NCBI GenBank assembly: GCA_002269645.1
Contig: NIVC01000886.1
Location: 286,358 to 350,357, forward strand
Reading direction: 5' to 3'
Length of the DNA: 64,000 nt
Source of the DNA: Macrostomum lignano
Lineage: Eukaryota
The translations under genes were made by a program, and so were the position numbers. Every line of letters starts with the position of its first letter. Position 1 is the first letter of the stretch. Positions 1 through 12,799 of the stretch are shown here, one piece after another. Under the pieces are notes generated by a model. That model had not been told where the DNA came from. It did no database searches and saw only the letters and a list, made by a program, of their open reading frames with translations.

Positions 1-620
1 GATGCCGGTGATGGCAGCCTGGATGTCCATGTCGCTTCCGGTAGCTGTTTTGAAGTCTTCTAGAGATAGACCGCGGGGGACAGCACTTTTGACAACTGCG
101 TTGATGTAGGCGGCGTCCAGAGTTTCACCGATAGCACGAGACAGATCTGTTGGCATCGGCTGTCGGCTTAGAAGGTCCGACGGGTTCGATGCGCCGGGCC
201 GGTATTCGAGCTTGAACTGAAGATGTTGGATGCGGAGCGCCATTCGCTCAATTCTCGGCGGCGGCTGTAAACCCGGCTTAAAAAGCGGGATCAGAGGCTT
301 GTGATCTGTGACGATGGTAAAATTCAAATTGCCAGCCAAGTAGAAGTCGAACTTAAGGCAGCCGAATTTTACGGCCAAAGCCTCGCGCTCTATTTGTGAG
401 TAGTGCTGCTCAACTGGAGTTAGAGTTCGACTGGCATAGGCGACGGGCCTGACGGTGCCATTTGGTTGCTTCTGGCTGAGAATTTCGCCCAGTCCGATTG
501 GTGAAGCATCGACAACAAGTTCTGTGGACCGATTGCAATCAAAGAAGGCCAGTGTTTCTGGCTTGCTGATTGCGCTTTTCAACGCGTTGAAGGCCTCTGC
601 ATGCTGAGTCGTCCATTCCC
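1..620 (-). mobile_element. Ty3/gypsy (Mag-like) pol fragment: RT connection and RNase H domain, running off the window start
   Basis: My minus-strand translation (not in the ORF track) reads EWTTQHAEAFNALK...VVDASPIGLGEILSQ...RPVAYASRTLTPVEQHYSQIEREALAVKFG...TIVTDHKPLIPLF...LEYRPGASNPSDLLSR, the standard gypsy RNase H motifs. Homology stops near 620 at AT-rich DNA. Confidence 0.92.
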
Positions 621-3600
621 TGAGTATGTTGATTATGTATGCCAAAGACTTAGGTGGCCATTTTGTATGCTGGAAAAGTTCCAGTGTACATGCATATTAT
701 CTGCAACCTGGTATTTGAGAAAAGGTCTTAAAAATATAGAATATTCATCATGAAGCAAATAGATTACTTGTGTTAGCAATTTTCTCACCAGACAAATAAC
801 AACTGCCTTTCTAATAAATTGTAGGCCTTATACATGCCAACCCCACTGATTTACACTGGCCATGCAACTTACTTTTTGACCAAAAATGTGACTTACCTGC
901 AAAAGAAACCTTAAAGCAAAATAACACAATTATGGGTAAATAGCAGGAGTAACTATAATTGTCTTGAGAGGGCTAAATGCCTTGTCATCTAGTTAGTATT
1001 ATGTCTGTTTTTGGGGTAGGCATTATGCAATTTTACCTTGGTTGGCTGCCAAATCAGTTGGCCGGATTGGCCAACTTGGCCAACTGTTGCACATGTATGT
1101 TGCCAGATAATCTGTTATTAGATTGTCCTATTGCCAGATTAATTGAATACTGACAGCATTTGTGAGACATGGCTATCGGCAGTTTTCTAAATCCTAAACC
1201 TAAAACTTAGTAAAATGCAACTAGTAGAGACCAATAAATTGTCCTAAAATTTGTGAGCTTTATATGTGATATGATATACATGCCTTTATTTAGGCTAATC
1301 AAAGTGCTATATCAAATGTAGTATTTTGTAACATATTATCAAATATATTATATAGACTAAATTAAAACCTAGACAAACTTAGATAGGTTTTTGTTGAGCT
1401 TAGTCCACACTCTGGAATATGTATTATATGCCTGGAAAATTTGGGATCCTTGCAAAAGTTGCCATAGTTGGTCGCAATTGCAGTTGCCTAGATTGCTATA
1501 CATGATACTAGTAAGCCAAGTTCCATGAACCAGAGCCTGTCTATGAACACATGGTAATTCATGTGTAAGAGTTTGCAGCACAGTTTGGCCATAGTTTATT
1601 CACTAACAAAGAGGCTGCCACACTTGAGTCCTAGTCCAAACTATGCAGTCATATGCTCCGTGGAATAAACTGCAGAATTCCACAAGTAGCCAGTCTCCAA
1701 CTCAACAGGCAGTATAGCTTGATATCACACCTGCTTGAATAGCAGATGCCCCTTGTACAGGACAAGTGTTTTATCCATGGAAATGTGCTGATGTGACATA
1801 GTTGTTGTTATAAACCTGCTGCAGCTAGTGTAAGAATGGCTAGATTTTGGCCAAGGGCCCATCCTAGACATTGTGCAGTTGTAGAAACAAAGGCAAGAAA
1901 GTAGCTACTTGAATCTATGTCTCAAGAGGGCATAGGGCATAGACAGAAAGGATAAATAGAAAACAGGGTCTTGGATCCACTAGCTGCTGATCTCTGGCTT
2001 TTTGTCCAAGCCTATCAATAGAATAATTTCAAATAGCTTCCTTATTTCGTTATCTGTACAATCTTTCCAGTTCTTTACCAGCTTTGGCAACTGCTCTCCA
2101 TCAGTGCATTCCTTGTATATTTTCTAGGCTCTACAATTTGTCTAGGTCTTTAAGCTTGCAATAATTCCATCAGTGAGATAGACCAAGAAACTCCTTTTTG
2201 TTTCCATTAGCTGAAGCTGGAAACCTCCAATCTGGGCAAACCTCTGATATTCCCAGAAACTCGGCTTCATCCAACATAGCATCTCCGTTCCAGCTAGAAC
2301 CAACTGCCAATCTAGTATATCACCAACTTCTTCTGTCTGCATGCCTTCTTCTTTGCCTTCTTCCCCCATAAACTTGTATTCAATTCTATCTAGCAACTCT
2401 AGCAAGTTGGTATTAGTCTATATATGTCTGTGTATTCATTATATTCATTATAAATATATTTAAAATAAATTATACTAGTGGGAAGGAAATATAATAGAAT
2501 GAGGGGCTGGAACTTGCAACTAAAAAAAGCAAGGTTGAAAAGCCAATCAGAAGGCAGCGAGGGAAATAGATACAAATAATAAGATTGAACTAGACCAAAA
2601 AAGAGAAAAGAGTAAACAGAAACAAGTGCAGATGAACTAAAGAAATGCAACAGAGAGAAACTATGGTGGGAAAGGGGGTGCTACAGCAGTAACTTAAAGG
2701 ACTATCCAATAGTCTATGTCCAAATTTCAGGATAGCCATTGGCAACAAGGGTGATGCTAAGCCCTACCTATCATGTAGATGTTAAGCAAAAAGACAAGTT
2801 CCGAAAAAATAGATAGATATATTAAAGTGAAATTTTTTTTCAACTTTTCAAGTAATGTATGCCATTTTAGTGATGGGTTTAGATATTGTATTTTGATAAC
2901 AAGTTTATACTTTTTGATGCCTTACTTGAATCAATGACATCATCATAAATTGTATATAATTATAAGATTTCTTTGAGCAAGTGCAATTTGCCTTTTAGCT
3001 AACATATTTCTTTCTTTAGCTAACATATAGCTTTTTATTTAAAAGTATTTCTCATGGTTTGTTTTGTTTTTCTTAAATTAATTTAAATTGGTAAATTTTT
3101 GACTATGTATATTACTACATTGTACTGAATATTATGTACATATACATGTATAGATGCTTTGTTAAAATAATGTGGTGACTAAAACTATTTATAATTGTAT
3201 TTGTGCATATATATGCACAACCTCCAAAATTCGGTCGGCCATGCAACTTAGTTTTAACAAAAAATGCAACATAGTTTTTGGCCAAAAATGCAACTTACCT
3301 CTAAAAGAAACTAAAGTAAAATTAATGTAATTTTGGGTAAATGGCAGGAGTAACTATTACTGTCCTATTAAGGCTAAATGCCTTATCAAAGTTTTTCAAG
3401 TATAAAGTTAGAAAATTTCCTTCAAACAATTGTATATACAAGCAGTGATATCAACTGATTTGATTAAGGCTATCAACAACTACACAAAATTTGACTCTGA
3501 AGCATCTGAACTTGTCATTAAAGTATCTTAACTTGTCACTAAAATGTATTGTCACCAATCTAACTAGTAACTGTGCACAATCCTGATACTAATATATATT

Positions 3601-5059
3601 AGTAGTTTATTAGTAGTATACCAGTAGTTTAATGTAGTTTAATTTTTTATATAATAGTAGCTAACTAGTATAGAAAGTTCCCAAATGCATTACATAAATA
3701 CTTTTTTTACAAAAACCCATCTAGATAAAAGTTAAAAGTGTAGCATTCCTTCAATAGATGGTATAGAAACAAACTTTTCAATAGACCTATATCCTTTTAA
3801 TCAGGTTGGTATTAAATAGATAGGTCTTTGTGATCCATAAAATTCAAATGATAGTTTACAATAATATGAATCTAGGGCTAATTATAAGCTTGGTAACCTT
3901 GGTTAAAATCTGGTATTTTAATTATTTCTAGTATATAATAAGAAAAAAGAGAGTCCATCCAAATTGAAGCATATGCATAACAATCTTTATATACCTGAGT
4001 ATAGACATAATATATTGATAGCCAGTTTGACATTGACATTGCATTGCCAGTTTGATAGACATGCATGCTAGTTGCAAAGCAGCAATATTTAGCTAGCCAT
4101 TTAACTATAGACCAATTGTCATATAGCTCACTAGCTAGTTCAAAAAAGGATATAATCCTAGTCTATAAGATACCTATTAGCCATTCTAAAGTCAATTGAG
4201 TCTATTGAAAAGAGCAGCTATTGAATACATATCTTAAAATTAAAATGGAATCTTTAGCTTATTCTTGCATTTACCATAAAGTAGAGTTTGACTATAAATA
4301 TATCCATTTGCCACATTAACCATAAAACATCAAGTATTAAGTATGCTTCCTTTGCCAAATGATTTAATTTACTGAGTAACAATATCATATAAAGGGAAAT
4401 CATTTATCACCTATGAAATCATTCACTAACTTTCAAATGCATAAATATATTAGAAATATAAATTGCTATAAATAGATTTTTTTCTATTTCAGTTAAGCTT
4501 AATTTAGGGTTTGGTTACTGGTAGATTATGTACAAATAGCAAGATATTCAGCTAAAATTCTATATACTAGCATAAAATATAGCAATCAATAATGTATGAA
4601 TTTTTTTGTTTCAGTACAACTTAGCCTTATCTTTAAGTGAAATTGCCAATATTTATTAAATATTGGGCATCTTATTTAATTTTTTTTTTTATCTTATTCA
4701 AATTTTTTGAAAATCTAAGTTTTCAGTTACTATCAGAGATTGATGCTTTAATAAACTCAACATTTAATACCACAAGTCTTATATTATAAGATTATAAATA
4801 AAATATTTGCAGTAGGGCTGTGATCTCATAGACAGTGGAAAACACTCATGGTTTAGGATTTGGCCCTTGTGAGTGTGAATTGCAGTTGCACAAATTCCAG
4901 ATTGTTGCGACCTCGCACAGTATCAAACCAGGGGCTGTGGTGTGAGAGTCAGATGGGAAACAACAAACAAAGAAATTAAGAAATGAATAAACTACCTGTA
5001 GGTTCTAACTTTCTACAGCCACTATTTAGAGCATTTGATGTTCAAAGCAAAAGGCATCC

Positions 5060-5326
5060 TCCCTGAAAGTCAGCTATCTTAGTCTAAGATATCAGATCCT
5101 CTATGAGCCATGTAGGATTTCAGGCCATATTCTCCATGTGTTGGGGGGGGGGGTCGCCACACACCCTCAATTACCCCAGCTAATGCTGGCACCCATTTTA
5201 CAGCTGGATGAACTGAAGCAATGTAGTTTTTAAGTTTTTTTGCTCAAGGACACAAATTGTTCCAGTGGGATTGGGAATCGAACCTACGACCTTCAAGTCG
5301 TGAGTCAGACGCTCTAACTACTGAAA
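5060..5326 (-). mobile_element. tRNA-derived SINE with a CORE/Meta-like central domain
   Basis: Minus strand has a tRNA-like head (AGTAGTTAGAGCG A-box-like, GGTTCGATTCCC B-box at 5273-5284) followed by GTGTCCTTGAGCAA...CAGCTGTAAAATGGGT, resembling the MIR/CORE domain. 3' boundary approximate. Confidence 0.7.
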
Positions 5327-5357
5327 CAATTTCTTTCAATTCTCAATTTCAGCGGCA

Positions 5358-8300
5358 ATGCCCAAGGAAGCGCTGAATCCAGGTGACAAAATATTCGCCA
5401 AAGTCAAAGGCTATCCACACTGGCCTTGCCGCATTAATCCCTTGCCACCCGGAGTTAAAATCCCATCGGGAAAATATCCCATTTTCTTCTATGGCACTCA
5501 CGAAGTTTACTTTCTGCCTCGGAAAGAGATTTTTCCATTCGACAAATTTCGCACCAAATTTGGTTCAGCAAAACGACCAGCTCACTACAATGAGGGCCTG
5601 GTTGAGATTGTCCAACGCCCGGACACGCTGCTCTATGGCCGAGATCCCAAGGCCGAGCCGTTTCTAGCTCAGTTCTACAAGTTCCAACGTAGCGAAGGCG
5701 AGGCTGGCAGTGCTGCGTACACTCCTGACCCGCCTGTGGTTGTACCGCCGGGGTTCGAGCACATCAACAGCCTGATTGACGGTGTCCCGGCTGGCACAGC
5801 TGATGGCAACTTGGCGAGTCAGGCTGCCGCAGGGACTGCTCAGTTTGGTGAGGCTTTGGTTCATCTGAATCTGTTTTTATTTGGCTTTTTAACTCCCGGC
5901 TCTGTAGTAATCATATCTATAACAATCGTTATTTCTATGAAGTGTTTCTTATAAATTTCTCTAATGTTTCTTAGAAATTGCTCTTAAGTGTTTCTTAGAA
6001 ATTGCTCTCAAGTGTTTCTTAGAGATTGCTCTCAAATGTTTCTTAGAAATTGCTCTTAAGTGTTTTTTAGAAATTGCTCTTAAGTCTAAGAAAATTTCTT
6101 AGAAATTGTCCTCTGATTTTTCTTAGAAATTGCCCTCTTATGTTTCTTAGAAATTATTCTCTGGTGTTTCTTAGAAATTGCCCTCTTATGTTTCTTAGAA
6201 ATTGTCCTTTAATCTTTTTTGTGAATTCGTTTTTCTTCTTAAATATTCATAGTAATCTTAAAAATTCTCTTTAAAATTTCTTTAATTTAGTTCAATTAAT
6301 CTTTCATAAGAATCACCATTTAATATTTCTTATAAATCCGTGCCTAAATATGATTTTCAATTGCCTTTTTTATAATTCTTAGAAATCGTTATTTAATTAT
6401 TCCAAGAAATCGCCTTACAATACAAGTAATCGACCATTCATAAGAATACACTGATTTCCAAACGGCTATGTTTGCAGTTTAATAAGATATTTATGACTCC
6501 CCCACCCCCGTCTACCCCTCTCCACAGTTGGCAGCAAAACAGCAGACGCATCACCTCAATCGGACAGCTCAGAAGACGCTCCGTTGCGCAGTTTAAAACT
6601 AAAAATCACTCTGCCACCGAAGCCTCAGCCAGAGACGCCGGAACCAGCTAAAGCACCAGCTGCGGCAAGCAAGCCCAAAGAAAAACAACAGCAGCAAACT
6701 AAACGAAAGTCAGTTTCAGCAGCAACAGCATCAGAACCTAAAAAGCGACAACAGAAACTGTCGTTGAAAAGAAAACGCGACAGCAGCAGTAGCGAGCATC
6801 GCAAGCAATCAAGTTCTACAGTAAAAAAATCTGGATTGAAAAAGCAGAAAAAGCAGCACAATGAAACTGCTTCTAGTTCCGTGTCCTCGCTGTCAACCAG
6901 TGAAGATGATAACAGTAGCAGCAGTGATAGCAAGGACTCGGATAGTCCGCAGTTCAGTCAGGCAAAACGTGCTGCAGACGCTGGCAGCGACACTGTGAAA
7001 GAACAAGCAGTCGCAACAGCATCGCCTGTTGTTACACCGCAGCAGCGAAAGCAGCCTCCTCCACAGCTGGCGTCTTCTTCTCTCACTGACAGTTCTTTGT
7101 CGCCTCCGTTGGATAAAAATCGAATCAACTCGATGGGCCGGCCGATGCGGGCCTCAGCTCAACGCTTCGATGTTAAACGCCTGTTAAAAGAAGATAAAGA
7201 GCAAGCAGATGTTAATACTACTACTGGTAGTACTAGTACTACTACTACTACTACTAGTAACAATCCAAATATAAGTAGTAGCAGTAGTAAACGAACTGAC
7301 ATAGCTCCGAAACAGCTCGCTCTCAGCGATCAGGATGACGATTCTGATAGTGATGATGAAGACTTCGATTTTGAAGCTGCGAAGAAGTCGAAAGATCGAC
7401 AGTTGCCTTCGGTACAACAGAAGAAGCCTTCCAAACCGGCTCAGCAGCAGCCGCCTCCGCCTCCACCTCCTCCGCCCCCGCCTCCCCAGCCAAGCCTTGA
7501 AGAGCGCAAAGAGAAGCTGAAACAAGAGAAACTTGAAGAGAAAATCAAACAGAAAAAGTTGGAGAAGATTCGCCAATTGGAGCTGGAAGCCAAATTAAGA
7601 ATGATGAATTCCGATATCAAACAGTCGCTGATACGCGGCAGAGAGGACTTTAGTCGGTGCCTGGCGGTGCTAACTGAAATGCAAAGCCTCGACATCAAAC
7701 TGATGATGCTGGCCAAGTATCCGGATCTCACCATCACAGTTCGCAAATGCCGCAAATACAAGCTGTCAGAGAAAGTTCGAAATGCTGCACAGAAATTGTT
7801 TGAAAAATTTGCCAATCTGTTTCAATCGGCTCCGAAAGAAGAAGTGTTCAGAGCTGAGGTGGAATTTCTCAAGTACCGCGAGACCTGCTCGCATGCATCC
7901 GATGTGCCGCTCACGTCTATTCAGGACATGTTTACTTCCAGGCCCATTGTTAAAGTGCAGCGGCCTCAGCAGACTGCCCAGCAACAGCAGCAGAGCAAGC
8001 AACAGAACCCACAGAAATTGTCTTCTTCAGCAGCCTCCGCTGCCGCCTCATCCTCCGATCACGATCACGAGGTCACTTCCTCGACTCAGTCGAATAACTT
8101 TTACGAATCCAATGCAAAGATTTCCTCAGTAGCTGAGGAACCAATTTCTGCTACTAGTAGCTGCAGCAGATCCTCAGCTCTGTTCGCCGCTCCTGTCGCT
8201 TCTGAGTCGCCGTCGACTCAAGCGACGTCAATGGCATCGACAACCAGTGCCGCTGTGACGCCATCGGTCACGGTGACCGTGTCCACCCAGCCAGACACAG

Positions 8301-8608
8301 ACTATCAGCAACTGTTCGAACTGGACTCTCTAGAGGTGTTGGACACCTATGCGGAGGATGAACTAAACGAACCCGAGTATATGGTTATTGATAATGATTC
8401 TCTTGAGCCTACGAATAATCCAACTACCGATTCGCCAGGCAACTTGGAGAGTCGCCTGCGCGACCTGATGGGCATCAATGTTGTCAGGCAGCCGCAGCAC
8501 CAACAGCAGCCGATAAGGCACAGAGCGCAGTATCAACAGCAGCAGCAGCAGCAGCAGCATGCTCTGTCTGAGGATGACCATCGCATTCACGATTTGTTGG
8601 GCATTTGA
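5358..8608 (+). CDS. HDGFL2: HDGF-related protein 2 / LEDGF(PSIP1)-family chromatin reader, PWWP + integrase-binding domain; exons 5358-5847 and 6528-8608, 856 aa
   Basis: Exon 1 encodes FAKVKGYPHWP...FFYGTHE (HDGF-type PWWP). Donor TTTG|GTGAGG at 5847/5848 and acceptor CCACAG|TTG at 6527/6528 are both phase 1 and give 2571 nt in frame. Exon 2 encodes an IBD-like helical domain (IKQSL...RCLAVLTEM...TVRKCRKYK...KVRNAAQKLFEKFANLF). A 5'UTR acceptor TTTCAG sits at 5352. Orthology within the family (HDGFL2 vs PSIP1) is not resolved. Confidence 0.9.
5942..6215. repeat. 24-bp tandem repeat (TTTCTTAGAAATTGCTCTTAAGTG) in the HDGF-family intron, ~11 copies
   Basis: TTTCTTAG recurs at 5967, 5991, 6015, 6039. 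Confidence 0.9.
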
Positions 8609-8797
8609 GACAATTGATAGGTTGATTATTCTCTGTGCGCGTGCTTGTCTGTCTGTCTGGCTCGACTTTATATTTTCTCGGTTAATCCCAATTAATATTA
8701 AAGTGTAAAATTATTTTTATGTCTTACTACTTAGAAATTCGTTGTTTCAACTATTATTCTTCCATCAGGTTATTCTGCATTCACGGATTATTTCTTT

Positions 8798-9245
8798 TGT
8801 CTGTCTGTATGTATGTATGTCTGTATGTATGTATGTCTGTCTATCTGTATGTCTGTATGTATGTATGTCTGTCTATCTGTATGTATGTCTGTATGTATGT
8901 ATGTATGTATGTATGTCTGTATGTATGTATGTATGTATGTATGTATGTCTGTCTGTCTATCTGTATGTATGTATGTATGTGTGTATGTCTGTCTGTCTAT
9001 CTGTATGTATGTATGTGTGTCTGTCTATCTGTCTGTCTGTCTATCTGGCTGTCTGACTGTCTGTCTGTCTGTCTATCTGGCTGTCTGACTGTCTGTCTGT
9101 CTATCTGTCTGTCTGTCTATCTGGCTGTCTGACTGTCTGTCTGTCTGTCTGTATGTATGTATGTCTGTCTGTCTGTCTGTCTGTCTGTCCTGTATGTATG
9201 TATGTATGTCTGTCTGTCTGTCTGCCTGTCTGTCTGCCTGTCTGT
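8798..9245. repeat. Compound tetranucleotide microsatellite (TATG/TCTG/TCTA)n
   Basis: Directly visible; the overlapping ORFs are repeat translations. Confidence 0.97.
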
Positions 9246-10026
9246 CTCAACCCAACAGTTCAACTATTGCAATTCAGCCTATGACTAATTATAATACCCC
9301 AATATTGGTTATCCCGAACCCGATTTGTGGGTTAATGATAATCAAGTTGAATTGATAATCTCCAATGAAATTCTCACTTAAAAATCGAAGATCGAGTTAC
9401 TTATGTTAATATGTTGAAACAGTTTTCTCAATTAATCATGGCTCTGATGTCAAAGACAGCTCGATTTGTTGCAAAACTATTTGAATTGTTATTCGGTTTG
9501 CTGTTGAGAGCATGTAAATGTTATCTCCTGTCAATCATCAAAGCATATTCTAAATCGTTAGCTGCACGAAGTAAGTTGCTAATTTTAGATAGAAAAATAA
9601 TAATTCCTACTTTCTACCCTACTTTTGATGGGCGTTAGTAGTGTAAAGTTTGATTGCTTTTCCTATTTTTGGTGTGAAATAAAATAAAAAGTTCAAAAAC
9701 TTGCGCTTGAAGTTAAATTGAGTTGAGTTAAACTTGTCAACAACTCAAGTTCATTTCAAATCGGTGTTCAATTCCCATTGTTTGATACGGCTCAACCGCC
9801 TGTCGGCTTTTCATTAAAATTATTACCAACTATAATAAATGGAAATGATCCTTCAAAACATAATGGCAACTGTGGTTTGCCAATTATGTCTTTTATTTAT
9901 CTATATTGTTATGTGCAGACAGAAATTTCTTTTTTTGGTTTTCTAGTTTTTAGTCATTTTCAAAATCTTTTTTGTTACCCTTTTAAGAATCGAGTCGGAG
10001 TTGTAAAGTCAAATATTAAGTGTCTG

Positions 10027-11730
10027 TGAGGTCATAGCGATCAACTGAAGTCAGCTATGGGTCATCATCAGGTGTCAATGAGGTCATAGTGATCAACTGA
10101 AGTCAGCTATGGGTCATCATCGGGTGTAAATGAGTTCATAGTGATCAACTGAAGTCAGCTATGGGTCATCATCAGGTGTCAATGAGGTCATAGTGATCAA
10201 CTGAAGTCAGCTATGGGTCATCATCGGGTGTAAATGAGGTCATAGTGATCAACTGAAGTCAGCTATGGGTCATCATCGGGTGTCAATGAGGTCATAGTGA
10301 TCAACTGAAGTCAACTATGGGTCATCATCGGGTGTAAATGAGGTCATAGTGATCAACTGAAGTCAACTATGGGTCATCATCGGTTGTCAATGAGGTCATA
10401 GTGATCAACTGAAGTCAGCTATGGGTCATCATCGGGTGTCAATGAGGTCATAGTGATCAACTGAAGTCAGCTATGGGTCATCAACAGGTGTCAATGAGGT
10501 CATAGCGATCAACTGAAGTCAGCTATGGGTCATCAACAGGTGTCAATGAGGTCATAGCGATCAACTGAAGTCAGCTATGGGTCATCAACAGGTGTCAATG
10601 AGGTCATAGCGATCAACTGAAGTCAACTATGGGTCATCATCAGGTGTCAATGAGGTCATAGTGATCATCTGAAGTCAACTATGGGTCATCATCAGGTGTC
10701 AATGAGGTCATAGTGATCAACTGAAGTCAACAATGGGTCATCATCAGGTGTCAATGAGGTCATAGCGATCAACTGAAGTCAACTATGGGTCATCATCGGG
10801 TGTCAATGAGGTCATAGTGATCAACTGAAGTCAGCTATGGGTCATCAACAGGTGTCAATGAGGTCATAGCGATCAACTGAAGTCAGCTATGGGTCATCAT
10901 CAGGTGTCAATGAGGTCATAGCCATCAACTGAAGTCAGCTATGGGTCATCATCAGGTGTCAATGAGGTCATAGCGATCAACTGAAGTCAGCTATGGGTCA
11001 TCAACAGGTGTCAATGAGGTCATAGCGATCAACTGAAGTCAGCTATGGGTCATCAACAGGTGTCAATGAGGTCATAGCGATCAACTGAAGTCAGCTATGG
11101 GTCATCATCAGGTGTCAATGAGGTCATAGCCATCAACTGAAGTCAGCTATGGGTCATCAACAGGTGTCAATGAGGTCATAGCGATCAACTGAAATCAGCT
11201 ATGGGTCATCATCAGGTGTCAATGAGGTCATAGCCATCAACTGAAGTCAACTATGGGTCATCATCAGGTGTCAATGAGGTCATAGTGATCATCTGAAGTC
11301 AACTATGGGTCATCATCAGGTGTCAATGAGGTCATAGTGATCAACTGAAGTCAACAATGGGTCATCATCAGGTGTCAATGAGGTCATAGCGATCAACTGA
11401 AGTCAACTATGGGTCATCATCGGGTGTCAATGAGGTCATAGTGATCAACTGAAGTCAGCTATGGGTCATCATCAGGTGTCAATGAGGTCATAGCGATTAA
11501 CTGAAGTCTGCTATGGGTCATCATCAGGTGTCAATGAGGTCATAGCGATCAACTGAAGTCAGCTATGGGTCATCATCAGGTGTCAATGAGGTCATAGCGA
11601 TTAACTGAAGTCTGCTATGGGTCATCATCAGGTGTCAATGAGGTCATAGCGATCAACTGAAGTCAGCTATGGGTCATCATCAGGTGTCAATGAGGTCATA
11701 GCGATTAACTGAAGTCTGCTATGGGTCATC
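10027..11730. repeat. 52-bp minisatellite, ~33 copies (TGAGGTCATAGTGATCAACTGAAGTCAGCTATGGGTCATCATCAGGTGTCAA)
   Basis: Units start at 10027, 10079 and so on; highly homogeneous. Confidence 0.97.
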
Positions 11731-12799
11731 GTCTAGGTTTGAGGATGTTTGAGGTCATCAGGTCAACTGAGGTCAACAACAACAATAAGGATGAAGTGAA
11801 GTCAGCTAGTTGTCATACATGCATGTTACTGATGAGGTCAATTGATCCTACTGCGAAAGGATAAAACTGGAATTTCCACATACGCAGTCACATACACTGG
11901 CAGCCCCTTTTAGTTGCTAGAATAATATACATAAAGAATCCTCGCTAAATTTAGGATATTTATATTGTTTTTACAACTGCAGCTGCAGTGTGTCTATGAA
12001 TATAACTGAACATTAGACAGGTGACCTTTTCATTTTGCGCGAGTGTGTGTGATATACTGGGGTATATCCACTAGTAATACTGGCCATGCCGACGCCTGGG
12101 CTGTGCGACTTTATTTTTGAATAATTGGCTCTGCTGCGCCTGCTTTTAGTGTAAATCATTAGACTGCTGTTCGCTTGTGTGCTTTTCTCCTCTCTTCTCT
12201 ACTCTCTTCTCTCCTCTCCTCCCCTCTTTTCTTCTTTCTTCTCCTATATTCTCATCTCCTCTCTTCTCTCTTCTCTCTTCTCTTATCCTTTCCTCTTCTC
12301 TGTTCCGTAACTTCCCTACTATTTATCCATCTCGCTTATTTCCAAATCCCAAAAATATATAATCAATTTTCAAAAGCAAAATAAAAGCTTCGAGTACAAG
12401 TGCTTTTAATTTTTCAAGTACTCAGCCTCCGGTGTACATTTAAATGCACGCTCGTACTTTAGTATTGTAAAAAGACTAAAAAACCTAAAGTTCGAGATGG
12501 CGATAAAAAATCTCAAACTTTTTTATCATACAGCACTGCACTGCCATGTGCTTCATGGAAAAGAGCAGTTTAAAACCCTGCAGTTCAGTGCTGGAGTTTA
12601 AAAGTCAATATAATATTAGTTCGTCCTATACCAGCAAACAAACTACTGCATTTAACCATTTGTAAACAGCCTTGCAGTGCGCTGCGGTAATAGTCGCTCT
12701 TATCATTTAAAAAAAAATACTGCATGTTAACTTTTGAGCTCAGAAGCTCCTGGCAATAGCAGGGCAACTCAGACCCATTCTCATGGCTCTGTTATCATG

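Noticed and set aside
5270-5326. tRNA gene calls at 5270-5326, 23155-23217 and the GGTTCGAGTCC B-box at ~55743
   Set aside because: No complete cloverleaf or acceptor stem; the first two are SINE heads and the third lacks a clear A-box.
5848-5954. C-terminal part of the 198-aa ORF, and the 16170-16310 upstream extension of the TMEM26 ORF
   Set aside because: The first is read-through into intron past the GT donor; the second starts at a non-ATG codon upstream of where TMEM26 similarity begins.
10027-11730. Regular arrays as CRISPR-like loci
   Set aside because: Units are contiguous with no unique spacers, the context is eukaryotic, and there are no cas genes.
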